DNA of 53,350 nucleotides, the filler included, from Jimgerdemannia flammicorona (taxonomy: Eukaryota): NCBI GenBank assembly GCA_003990765.1. It is 2 parts of 2 records of this genome, joined end to end, with 100 filler letters (N's around TTAATTAATTAA, not from the genome) between each part and the next. Parts side by side here need not be neighbours in the genome. Positions count along the whole stretch, not along the records: positions 1 to 26,626 come from RBNJ01000710.1; 1 more part is not named here. One strand, written 5' to 3'. Positions 13,701-24,040 of the stretch are shown piece by piece. Numbering within the stretch: position 1 is the first letter of the stretch; each line of letters begins with the position of its first letter. The notes under the pieces are model-generated. The model ran no database searches. It worked only from the letters and a program-made list of their open reading frames with translations, and had not been told where the DNA came from. The translations under genes and the position numbers were made by a program.

Positions 13701-14346
13701 GTGAGGATTGGGACTGGCATGGTGTTTGGGCATAGAGTGCTGAGGTGTAGAGATAGATGCCACTGAAGTACTGGGTGATCTGGTGGTACATGTTGAGGAG
13801 GAATGTCATGCTCAACTTCCATTCAGGCCACCTTATTGAGGGGGGTTGTTTCGACTGTGAGGAGTACCACAATGTAGAGCAGGTTGGAGGATATGTACAG
13901 ATACCTGAACATTGGCTAGGAGAGTGTGAGGTACTTAGTGACTTTTGGAGAGCTGTTGGAGATCGTTTGGGAGTAGCATGTAGGGGACATAGTATATGGG
14001 GCCAGTGGGAGGACTTGAGGGATAGACTGGTGGGGGGGGGGTGGGAAAGGAGTGGCTCATATTAGGTTGGATTTTGGTGATTTAAGTAGGGTTGGCAGGT
14101 CACTGGTTGTTTGTTTTTGAAGATGGGAGGCAACTGAGCCTGGGGGATTGGCTGCTGTGCTGGCATAGACTTGTGGAAGATACCCTGACAGGCTGGTGGC
14201 TTGGTTGGGAATTGCAGGGTAGGCGAAGGCATTATTTAGTAGAGAAGATTTGTAGACAGAGTGGGGGTAGAGTGGGAGTGATAGGTGTGAAGGTGGCTTT
14301 TGTTGGTAATGATGCAGGGGAAGACTCCCCCATGGGGATCAGATAG
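10725..14346 (+). pseudogene. LINE ORF2 remnant: AP endonuclease, reverse transcriptase, C-terminal Cys/His finger
   Basis: LNMNGL, GGDFN, TRID, SDH, GHWHLNTSLL; PGEDGLP, LDQEKAYD, GVPQGDPLSP, AFADN (decayed YADD-type box); CFDC...EHWLGEC; many stops. Confidence 0.92.
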
Positions 14347-14431
14347 TGGGAGGTGATATTGTATACTTATCTTATAGAATGGTAATAAATGACAAAGTCT
14401 AAGTGACTATAAAAAAAAAAAAAAAAAAAAA

Positions 14432-15128
14432 TAGACAAGATGGGCAAAATGACAAGATAGGTAAGATAGATAAGACAGCAAGATAGACAAGATAGTAAGA
14501 TAGACAACATGGGCAAGATGGGCAAAACAGATAAAACAGAATGGGTAAGATAGGCAATATGGGCAACATGGGCAGTATGAGCAATATGAGCAATATGGGC
14601 AATATAGGCAAGACAGGCAAGATAGCAAGATGGTAAGATGGACAAGATAGTAAGATAGCAAGATGGCAAGATAGATAAGATGATAAGATAGACATGATAG
14701 CAAGATGAGCAACATAGGCAAGATAAGCAAAACAGGCAAAACAGGATTGGTAAGATAGGTAATACAGGTAATATAGACATCATAGGCAATATAGGCAATA
14801 TGGACAATATGGGTAAGACAGCAAGATGGCAAGATGAGCAAGATGGGCAAGACAGTAAGACAGTAAGACAGCAAGACAGTAAGATGAGTAAGAAGACAGG
14901 TAAGATAGGTAAGATGGCAAGACAGGCAATATAGGTAAGATAGGCAAAATGAGCAAAATGGGCAAGATTAGCAATATGGGTAATATAGGCAATACAGGCA
15001 ATATAGGCAAGATAGTAAGAGTAAGACAGGAAAGATAGAAATATGGATAAGATAGAGAAGACAGGTAAGATTGATGAGATAGGCAAGACAGATAAGATAG
15101 TAAGACAGGCAAGACAGACAAGATGGGG
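14432..15128 (+). repeat. 8-9-bp satellite, right part
   Basis: Same units as 8177-8565, resuming after the LINE poly(A). Confidence 0.95.
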
Positions 15129-15892
15129 AGGCACTAATAAGGATAGGTCAGGTGCACTAGATGCTGAGTACTTGAGGTGGTTGGGGCTTACAACCTATAC
15201 TCACTCTTGAGTGGGGCAGGCCAGGTAGGAGGATTTAGTTATTCAGATAGTGAGGTCACAACTTACACTATAAAGGTACTAAGATTGTTATTGGTTTGGA
15301 GAGCAAATAAGTATGGGGATACCAGTGCGGTATGAGGATATATGAATATTATAGATAGTTAATAAATGTGGCTTTGGTCTATAGAAAAAAAAAAAAAAGA
15401 GGTTTCCTATTTTATATTCTTGCTATATCTGGAGGCATTCAGTAGCAATGGTGATTCTTGTTTTCATCTTGTGGTGGTAGAAAATATAATGATAAGGATC
15501 ACTAGTACCCAGGTTGACACTAGGAATCCTTATAGTGTAAGTCCTTATGGCTCTTCAGATGTCTTGGAACATCCTTTCCTGGACTGAGGGGTCTTGGTGA
15601 TTCTTTGACCTTGAGGTTTGGTGAGCAGCAGACATTTTATTTATAGTAAGTCTTTGAGCTATTTCATAAATAGTGGGTCTTGTTGAGTTACTACTACTGT
15701 AGTTTCTTGATTCTTCTTTTATATTTCTCGAGATATCTATCTTATGGTCCCAATGACTCACAGTTGATCATTCTTACTCATCTTATAGCCTGGGTGAGTT
15801 ATGCCATATGATCTTCTTGTGCTTCAATCTGGTGGCTTGCAAGGAAAGGCTGTCTCCTATGCTGATATCATCATTCTGAGATCACTATTATA

Positions 15893-15902
15893 TCTTCTTC
15901 CT
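15893..15902 (-). other. Polypurine tract of element B
   Basis: AGGAAGAAGA immediately before the 3' LTR; AGGAGGAAGA at the same position in the copy at 25589-25598. Confidence 0.8.
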
Positions 15903-16253
15903 GAATAAGGATCTTCTCTTGAATGTCCTTATTCATTGATCCAGTCTTGAAAAATTTGCTGATCCCATAACCTCTGGTAGGGGATTGAAAAGTAGTGTTT
16001 ATGGGCTGGTATCTTCTCTATGTATTTTGGCATGATAGTGAAGAGTCACTCTCTTCATATAAAGTAAGGGCCTGATTCTGATCTTGATCAATCAGTTGAT
16101 GGTTCAAACTCCTCTGGCTTTGAAAGTCTTATAGATGAATAGTTGCTAGTGCTGTATCTCTTAGAGAATGGTCCAGACAGATTGCCTGCTGGTCATGGGA
16201 CATATGTACTGTTATGATTCACAGACTAGAATCTTACAGACAGTTATTACATT

Positions 16254-17340
16254 TTACTTCTCTTGTATAGGTTCATAGTACTTCTTGAGTCTGTTCATAG
16301 TAAATAGTATGGTTTCTGAGAGTTTTCTAAGCCAGAAGATAGTTCTCTTGATATCTTGCACATAGAAGAGTTCTTTCTATTTGGGCTCCAGTTTTTGCAA
16401 CCATAAGACTTCTACTATATTTTGATATAGTAGGACCTTTTCTCTGATTTGGATAGATTCTAGGGTCTTGTGATTCTTTTCTACATTCTTTCTTATCAGC
16501 ACTTGTGACTTGATGATGTAATATTCAGCCTTCTTCCAGATTTGGTGTAGTCTCTGAATTTCTGAGTCAACTTATCTCTAAGTTAGGTCTAGATTTGTGG
16601 CTGAGGTTCCATTAGAATCTTCTTCTCCAAAGAGCAGATCTCTTAGAGTAAAGTATGTACTCTGTGATTATATATCTCATAGGATAGAGAGAGCAGTTGA
16701 GAGATAGTTATTCTAATTCTCATATATATCTGAGATCTTTGCCAAGATGTTCTTGAGGGTCTTATTGATTCTCTCTATTTGTCCATTTTCTTAAGAGTGA
16801 TATACAGTAGTTTTGATATACTGAATCTTATATTTCTGATACATTATCTCATGGAATCTATTGATAAATTCTGTGCCATAGTCTGTGGTAATTTGCTTTG
16901 GTGTCTTGTAGCAGCAGATGATTTCTTAATGCAGGAAGTTAGCTATAGAGAGGGCATTGGCTTCTTGTAATGCTCTTGCTTTTATTCATTTAGTAAAGAG
17001 GTCTACAATAACTATATAATATAGCAGTTTTCTGATAGTATCACTGGTAGTGGTCCAATGATATCTATTACAATGTGGTAGAAGAGGATAGGCTCAATTC
17101 TTGATGATCTGGATGCTTGGTCTTGCTGATCATATTTCTGTTTTTAGCACTTATTACACTCTTTGACAAATTGGCACAGGTCTTCTTCTATCTTAGACCA
17201 CTACATGGTTCTTCTTACCTTATTGTATATATTGGTTCTTCTGAGGTATTCTTGTTCATATACTTCCTTCATTACTTGATACTTCTTGTATTTGGGTATT
17301 ATGAGCTTTTCTCCTTTTCTGAGTATAGTATTGTCTAGTT
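16254..17340 (-). pseudogene. pol: Integrase domain of element B
   Basis: DIIGPLPV, VDLFTK, decayed GPY/F motif (KLEPK*KELFYVQD), terminal MNRLKKYYEPIQEK*. Confidence 0.88.
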
Positions 17341-17499
17341 CAAACTGTTTCCAAGTCCAGTTAATGATAGTGATAGTCCAGGGTTTGAGGTGGTTGGGCA
17401 TCTTCTGCTACCTAAGATAGCTGATTAATCCATAGTATAACTCCTTATTTATGTTGAATAGTCTTGATGGGGGTGTTTTGGGGTATCCTTGAGAGTGTA

Positions 17500-18780
17500 T
17501 CAGCATTGGCATTGGTTCTTCCTGAGCAGTACTTGACAGTACAGTCATACTATTACAGTCTGTAGATCTATCTGACATATATTCCTTTAGGGTTCAGAGT
17601 GTGGAATAGCCAGGCAAGAGCAGAATGATCTGTTGAATAATGAAGTATTTCTCAGCTAGGTAGTAGTGGAACTTATCTACTACCCAAACTACTGCTAAGC
17701 ATTCTAGCTTGCATGACTCATAGTTCTGTTCTGCTCTATAGATATCTCAGCTTATATGAGAGATAACATATTTATGTCCATCTTTCATCTAAGCTAGGAC
17801 TGCTCTAAGTTCTATAGTACTTACATCTATTTGCAGGATGAACTCTAGGTTCCAATCTAGTCTTCTGAGGATGGGTGCTTGGGTCAATCTGGTCTTGAGT
17901 TTATTGAAGATTTTTTGCCATTCCTTGGTTCATTCAAATTTGGTCTCCTTCTTCAGTAGCTTATAGATGGGTGCTGCAATGTTGGAGTATTCTTTGATGA
18001 ATCTTCTGTAATAGGAGGCCAGTCCAAGGAAGGCATGGACTTCTATAGTTGTCCTGGGTCTTGGGTAGGCTGCAATAGCCTCAATCTATAGGGTCTATGT
18101 GAATTTCAGTCTGGTTGATGATGTGTCCTAGGTAGGTAATTTCTCAGGCTGCAAACTTGCACTTCTTGGGCTTGATGTAGAGGCCATACTCCTTGAGCTT
18201 CTTATATATAGTTAATATGTTTCCATGAAGTGTTACTGAAGATGATCACATCATCAACATAGACAAAGAGCCATTTTTAAATCTCATTGCTGAAGACTCT
18301 GTTCATTATTTACTAAAAACTTGCTGGAGTATTGTACATTCCAAATGGTATTTGTAGGTAGATATAGATGGCATCAGATGTGATGAAGGCTGATTTATCA
18401 CTGGTATCTTGAGTGAGACCAATCTGATGGAAGCCTGAGAACAGATCCAGGGTGGTATAGTATTTGGTTTCACTTCCAAGAGTAGTAAGGATTTCTTGAA
18501 TATTTGGCAAGGGCTGCCTATCCTTCTTGGTGATTGCATTGAGCTTCCTGTAATCAATGCAGAGTCTTGGGGCAAACTCTCCAGGCTTGCTTTCTTTCTT
18601 TGGGATGAGGACAATAGGTGAAGCCCAGGGGCTGATAGCTTACTTGATGATTTTGGCTTCTTCCATTTCCTTGAGTTCTGCTTGCAGCCATTCTCTGCAG
18701 GCAGGTGGTATAGGTCTGGCTTTCTGGTAGATGGGCTTGGTATCACTGGTGTCAACTTCATGGTAATATTTGGGTTCTTG
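17500..18780 (-). pseudogene. pol: Reverse transcriptase and RNase H of element B
   Basis: SPWASPIVLIPKK, RLCIDYRKLN, LDLFSGFHQI, PFG, FVYVDDVIIFS (~18237-18268), YESCKLECLAVVW. Confidence 0.95.
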
Positions 18781-18949
18781 ATTATAGATATCCCTGAAGT
18801 CTATAGCAAGTACTCTTTCATTCTGATGCAGGATCTTGAAAAGTTGTTCTTCTAGAGGAAAGTTTTCTCCAATGATATATGTGTACTTGTTCTGGTCCTT
18901 GTCTTTCTTGTGCTCAAGTTCAGTAATCTTGATAGCAGTATAGGCTCCT

Positions 18950-19370
18950 CTTTCAGTAGATCCAAAGTCTAATTCTCCTCTCTTGATCTTGATGAGTTCA
19001 ATGGCTTCAGTGACCTTAGGCTTCTTGATTTTATAGATCAACATCTAGCCAATCCTGTCATGCTTCTTGACTTTGAATGGGGTAGTGGAGTTGTGATTTC
19101 TGACTATAAGGAAGATCTCACTAGTGTAATCAGGGTCAATTACTCCTCCTTTAACTGAGATTTCGCTTTTGGCCAGACTGCTCCTAGTCTTGATAATTCT
19201 GGTATAGTTCTCTGACAACTTGACTCCAATACCTATGCCAAGTAGAGTAGTGGTCTGTGGTTCAAGGGTAGCATCTTGAATGCTGGCAAGGTCTATTTCT
19301 ATGGCTCCTTCAGTCTTGTATTCTGGGATCTTGGCTTTGGGGTAGAACTTCTTGACTTTGAGGATGATGT
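18950..19370 (-). pseudogene. dUTPase domain in pol, between protease and RT
   Basis: All five trimeric dUTPase motifs in one frame: GAIEIDL, TRSSLA, GVIDPDYTSE, DRIG*(Q), RGELDFGST. Confidence 0.92.
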
Positions 19371-19828
19371 CTAGTTCTTATTCCTCCTTGTCATCACTGT
19401 CAGCTTAAAGCTCTGGGGGCTGGTCAGCTTCTTTAGCTTTCCTTTTTGCTTTAGCAGCTTCTTGCTTATGCTTTTGTTGGCAGATTTTCCTAACTTCACT
19501 GATACAGGACCAGCAGTCATTCAGGTGTTTGGAGCAGTACATCCTAGTACTATAGGGGCATCTTCTTTGAGGGGCATAGCAATTGATGATCTTATTATAC
19601 CACTGCTCATCTGTAAGCTTGGGTGTCTTGTTCTTATTCTTATTCTTGTTCACTGAGTATATGAAGACTTCTGTATCCTCTTTCTCTATATCTGGTAGAA
19701 CTTCTTTGTGGATATTAATAGAGACTCATACCTTTCTTCTTCTATAGTTGATCTGCATTTTCTGGGTATGATGGCCTTGGCCTTATAAAGCTATTGATTG
19801 CTAATGAGGATGTCATAGTTGGTAGTGC

Positions 19829-20475
19829 TTTTTTTTTTTTTTTTTTTTTTTTTTATAGTCTCTTGGACTTCCTTCCTTTATTACTCCCTTCTATCTCATA
19901 TAAATACAATGATCCCTTCTCCTATCCGATCCCCCTTGGAGGGCCCCCCCCTCCTACCCCTTTCTGATGAAAGACCACTTTGTCTAATATAATCCCCACC
20001 CTCCCTCTACTCTGTGCACAGATCCTAGCCACCAAACCACAATGTCACCTGCCCTGAGGCCCCCACCATACCCACCATCTATTCAACAGATCCCCCAGCA
20101 GCACCTCTCACCATAATACCTTCTCCCATAGCTCTATCTGCTGCCCCTCCTCAAATACAAAAAGCCAATGTCCTACCAGTCCCACCCACACTGCTAATAC
20201 CCACCCTATAGTGAGCCAACTATTACCCACCCCACCCACTAGCCAAGATCTCAAATCTTCCCAGCGGCCTCCTACACCCACCAGCCTCCTCTCCACACCC
20301 AGTCTATTCTCTATTTCTACCCAGAAGTCTCCCAAAACCTCACACTCTCCCAGCCAATGTTCTGGCATCTGCACAAGTCCCCCAGCTTGCCCTATATTGT
20401 AGTATTCCTCACAATTGAAATGGCCACCATCCACCAAATGCCCAGTGTAGAAATTCAACATGACATTCCTCCACA
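19829..20475 (-). mobile_element. 5'-truncated LINE copy inserted in the protease region of element B
   Basis: Poly(A) at 19829-19854; homologous to 13790-14410; 15-bp TSD CATAGTTGGTAGTGC / CATAGTTAGTAGTAC (19814-19828, 20476-20490). Confidence 0.92.
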
Positions 20476-20730
20476 CATAGTTAGTAGTACTTGTAACAAT
20501 TATGTCTACTGGGATGATAGCTCCTCCAATCTTGATAGAGACTTCTTGGATCTTGCCAAGGGGGGTAGCTTGTATACTATCTGCTATAATATAGACCATC
20601 TTAGTAGACTCTTCAATGTCTCAGCCTAGGTAGTCAATTGTCTTCTTACTCATAAGGCATCCTTCAGTATTAGTATCAATGATGGTATTAAAGATACAAT
20701 CTTTAATCTGATACAGGGTATAGGCTGATG
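20476..20730 (-). pseudogene. pol: Aspartic protease of element B (continues at ~19750-19828)
   Basis: FNTIIDTNTEGCLMS (decayed DTG motif)...PLGKIQEVSIKIGGAIIPVDIIV; resumes YDILI after the insertion. Confidence 0.85.
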
Positions 20731-22201
20731 TCTTGTACTGGTCATCAGATTCTTTGCCTGAATCTTCTTGATTATCTTCTTGTACATTGTGAGCTTCTAT
20801 GATCTTGTACTCTTGGTTCTTGACAGTAGTTATAAGTTCTACTCTTAACTACTGTCTGAAGGCAGAGACTTTGACTAGGTGTCCAAAAGTAGCATTGACC
20901 TTCTATTCCTTGAGATCCTTGTAGATATCATACTGGTGGATCTTGGTCTTGTACAGCTTCTGTTCCTTCTTGCTTTCACTTTCTCCTGAGACTGGAGTAG
21001 TATCTTCAATAATTTGGTTAGCAGCTTTATCTAACTCCATATCTTGATCAATCTCCTCAGATTGGGTCTTGCTTTGAATAGTGATAGCTGGGGTCTTCTT
21101 TGGTCTTCCAACTGGCTTGCTGTTACTCTTCTTGTCATAGGGCTTACATACCAGGTTCTGGTACCTTCAGTAACAGGGTAGAATTTGGACTCCTTATAGT
21201 ATTCTTCATCATCAGTATCACCAATCTCCTTGATGACTACTGCATTGGTTTGTTCTCTAGTTCTGATAGCATTGCTTGGTTGGGCTTTGCATCTTATTTC
21301 AGTTATGCAACTCTTTGCATAGTGGTCTTCTTCTCTATATCTGAAGTATATAATATTGTATTCTTCTGTAGCAACTACAAATCTCTGTACTGGTCTTCTG
21401 TTAGTACTTCAGACTTCTCTAACAACATCACTAAGGTGTGCAGTCATCTTGGCAAACTGCTTAGTGAGTTCCTCTACTGGGTCAGCTTTGGCTATCTTGG
21501 GGGTAGGTGGGGATAGTTGTCTGTTTACAACTGTAGTGGGTATGATACTGGTTGGCTTTGATGACTTTATGTTGATATCAGTTATTTTCTTCATTAAGTA
21601 TTTGGCAGGGTGTCTGGCAGTCCAATATCTCTGTACAAAGACCACTTTCTTATCAAGGGTCAGAGTAGCTAGAGTAGACCAGATTTCTAAGACAATTTTA
21701 GGGTGAACTCCTTTGAGGAAGATTGAATCTGCTATTTGTTCCTTAAGAGTATCATCATAGCCAGCCAAGACAATCTGGTGGCAGATTCAGGTATAGAATG
21801 AGTTGGAATCTTCACTGAGTCTCTGGCAGATAGTGTTGAGTTGATCCTTGAGAGCTTGTTTGATCTCTTCAGTATAGTATATAGTTCTGAGGAAGGTCTT
21901 CATATTAGCAAGTTTGGCTGCACCAGCATCAGCAATAGTGGCTGCATTAAACTTATCTCTGGCAGGTTCTCTGAGGCTGACTGATAGAAGGGCCAATTGT
22001 GCATCCATACCAAGGACTCATATGGCAGTGAATTATTCAAAGTCTTCAATGAAGATCAGGATTGTCTCTTCAGTAATATATCTATAGAATGTGGGGGGAT
22101 GTATTTCCATCTTATCTTGAATTCTTACAGAGGTAACTCTTGTAGTCAGGGTAGTTGTTGTAGTGGTTGTTCATTTTTCAGCTTGAAAGTGAGGGATTCA
22201 T
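20730..22201 (-). pseudogene. gag: gag of element B
   Basis: MEIHPPTF..., IFLKGVHPKI, DPVEELTKQFAKM; directly downstream of the PBS. Confidence 0.8.
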
Positions 22202-22209
22202 CTTGAATC

Positions 22210-22227
22210 ACCAGTCAATGAGCACCA
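22210..22227 (-). other. Primer binding site of element B
   Basis: TGGTGCTCATTGACTGGT starting 3 nt after the 5' LTR; cognate tRNA not identified. Confidence 0.7.
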
Positions 22228-22230
22228 AGT

Positions 22231-23826
22231 TATCATATAGTAGTTGTTGAGTCCTTCAAATATGTCAGATTCTTTTCAAGGTATATCTCTTAGACAAACT
22301 CAAGTTTGTTATAAGCAAGTTCTTATTGAAGTACCTTCCTAAGGTATAATAGTTCTCAAACTTCTTATATTTAAACTGTCTTGTTATCTCTTTAGATTGC
22401 TTGCAAGGAATTGTATATATTGCACTGAGAGAAATTAACTTTATTTCAAAGGAAATAAGAGGGATATTTATACAAAATATAATTCAATAGTTGCTAAGAT
22501 ATGTATAAAGCTAAATATAAATTCCAATAACTAAATAAAATACTGGAATATAGAAAACTATAGTTGTCAGTACAGATTCCAGTATTGATACAGATAGTTG
22601 TATAAGATCAGAGTGCTGGTAGAATTTCAGTAGTACAGGAAAAGGATGCTAGAAGAATTTGGAGTCATACAGGATTAGAATGTCAGTAGAAGGATTAACT
22701 GTTACATGGGAAAAGGATACTGGCAGAATTCAGTATTACTAAGAACTCAGAGCAGAAAGTTCAGGACAATGAGGGCATCATCCTCATCACTGTTCTCAAA
22801 GAAGATGAGGTCTGCAAATGTTTCATCCATTTTGTATACTTCATCACATATTTCATATATATCATATAGAATAACATTATTGCTGATAACATCATCATAT
22901 TCAGTGGTAGGGAGAGCAAGGAGATCAGGGGCTCTCTAGTCTATGAGGTCCTCTTCTACAAAATAAGAGACAAATGTAGGGTCTTGAGAAGGTCTAACCT
23001 AGATACTTGGGCCTTGGAATACTGAGATCAATCCTTGTAGAAATTGATCTGAGTTGTTCTGAAGGATGGGATACCAGAACTCTTCTACCTCATCACTATT
23101 GAGGGTGATAGTAGACTGGGCTTCTGTAGCCACTATGGCTTTTAGTGCATTGATATAGCAGGCTGACAGATCTCTGAAATCTGAGACTCTGGTATACTTC
23201 AAGTTGGAGATCAATCATGGTATATGCCTGAAGATCTGATGAATCTTCTTGGCTGTCCTTATTTCATATATATCTATAAGAGTAGTATCTTGTAGCTCTT
23301 GAGGGCTGACTTGAGGGAATTCTCAGCAGAGGAGGTTTCCTATTTCATATTCTTGCCATATCTGGAGGTATTCAGTAGCAATAGTGATTCTTGTTTCCAT
23401 CTCATAGTAGTAGAGAATATAATGATAAGGGTCACCAATACCCAGGTTGACACTAGGAGTCCTTGTGGTGCAGGTCCTTATGGCTCTTTGAATGTCTTAG
23501 AACATCCTTTTCTAGACTGAGAGACCTTAGTGATTCTTTTGACCTTGAGGTTTGATAAGTAGCAGGCATTTTGTTTATAGTAAGTCTTTGAGCTATTTCA
23601 GAAATAGTGGGTCTTATTGAGTTGCTACTACTGCAGTTTCTTGATCTTTCTTTTATATTTCTTGAGATGTCTGTTTTGTAGTCTCAATAACTCACAGTTG
23701 GTCATTCTTGCTCATCTTGTATCCTAGGTGAGTTATGCCATATAATCTTCTTATACTTCAATCTGGTGGCTTATAAGAAAAGACTGTCTCCTGTGCTGAT
23801 GTCATCATTCTGAGATCACTGTTACA
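22231..23826 (-). repeat. 5' LTR of element B (1596 bp)
   Basis: TGTAAC...TGATA (decayed TGACA); flanked by PBS and TSD. Confidence 0.9.
22747..23569 (-). pseudogene. ~274-codon ORF inside the LTR, unknown product
   Basis: MPATYQ...WQEYEIGNLL...AKKIHQIFRHIP*LISNLKYTRVSDF...VLNFLL*; small indels in this copy, frame kept in copy 24505-25329. Confidence 0.7.
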
Positions 23827-23830
23827 ATAC

Positions 23831-24040
23831 TAATATATATATAAGAGAAAGATACTTAGAAAAATTAAAAAGAGTAAAGAAATATATAAAATCAACCTCT
23901 AAGCTATAGTAAGTATAATTGTTTTCCAAAATGTAATTATCCAATCCTCTCAAATCAATAACTCTATTTAATCAAAATTATTTAGTCATATATATACTTT
24001 GGCAGAGTTTTAAAATTAGCTCATTTACTAGATTATATAC
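23831..24040 (+). pseudogene. Old hAT transposase, continuation after element B
   Basis: Aligns with the reverse complement of 31700-31890 (ACTTTGGCAGAGTTTTAAAATTAGCTCATT vs TCTTTGGCAGAATTTCGAAATCGGCTCGTT). Confidence 0.75.

Larger units (their letters stand above)
8566..14431 (+). mobile_element. Full-length L1/Tx1-like non-LTR retrotransposon (~5.9 kb), decayed
   Basis: ORF1 plus APE-RT ORF2; poly(A) 14411-14431; probable TSD TAGGCAAGACAGGC / TAGACAAGATGGGC within the satellite. Confidence 0.9.
7982..15398 (+). mobile_element. Poly(A)-tailed retroposed insertion (~1.55 kb host: 7982-8565 plus 14432-15398) carrying a 9-bp satellite and hosting a LINE
   Basis: 12-bp TSD GAGGTTTCCTAT (7970-7981, 15399-15410); AATAAA 15361-15366; poly(A) 15385-15398. 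Confidence 0.85.
6871..15892 (-). repeat. 3' LTR of element B, split by a 7.4-kb insertion (7982-15398)
   Basis: 6871-7981 and 15399-15892 are collinear with the uninterrupted LTR at 22231-23826. Confidence 0.9.
6871..23826 (-). mobile_element. Full-length Ty3/gypsy LTR retrotransposon (element B, ~8.9 kb without nested inserts) with dUTPase
   Basis: 5' LTR 22231-23826; 3' LTR 6871-7981 plus 15411-15892; 4-bp TSD ATAC (6867-6870, 23827-23830); PBS and PPT; domain order gag-PR-dUTPase-RT-RH-IN. Confidence 0.92.

Noticed and set aside
8177..15128. CRISPR-like array
   Set aside because: 8-9-bp tandem units with no unique spacers, no cas genes, eukaryotic context
16240..16270. TGTAATAAC after a purine-rich run as the 3' LTR start
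   Set aside because: The 5' LTR and TSD place the boundary at 15892, where a better PPT lies
20108..20599. Protease-LINE fusion ORF
   Set aside because: Chance read-through across an insertion junction
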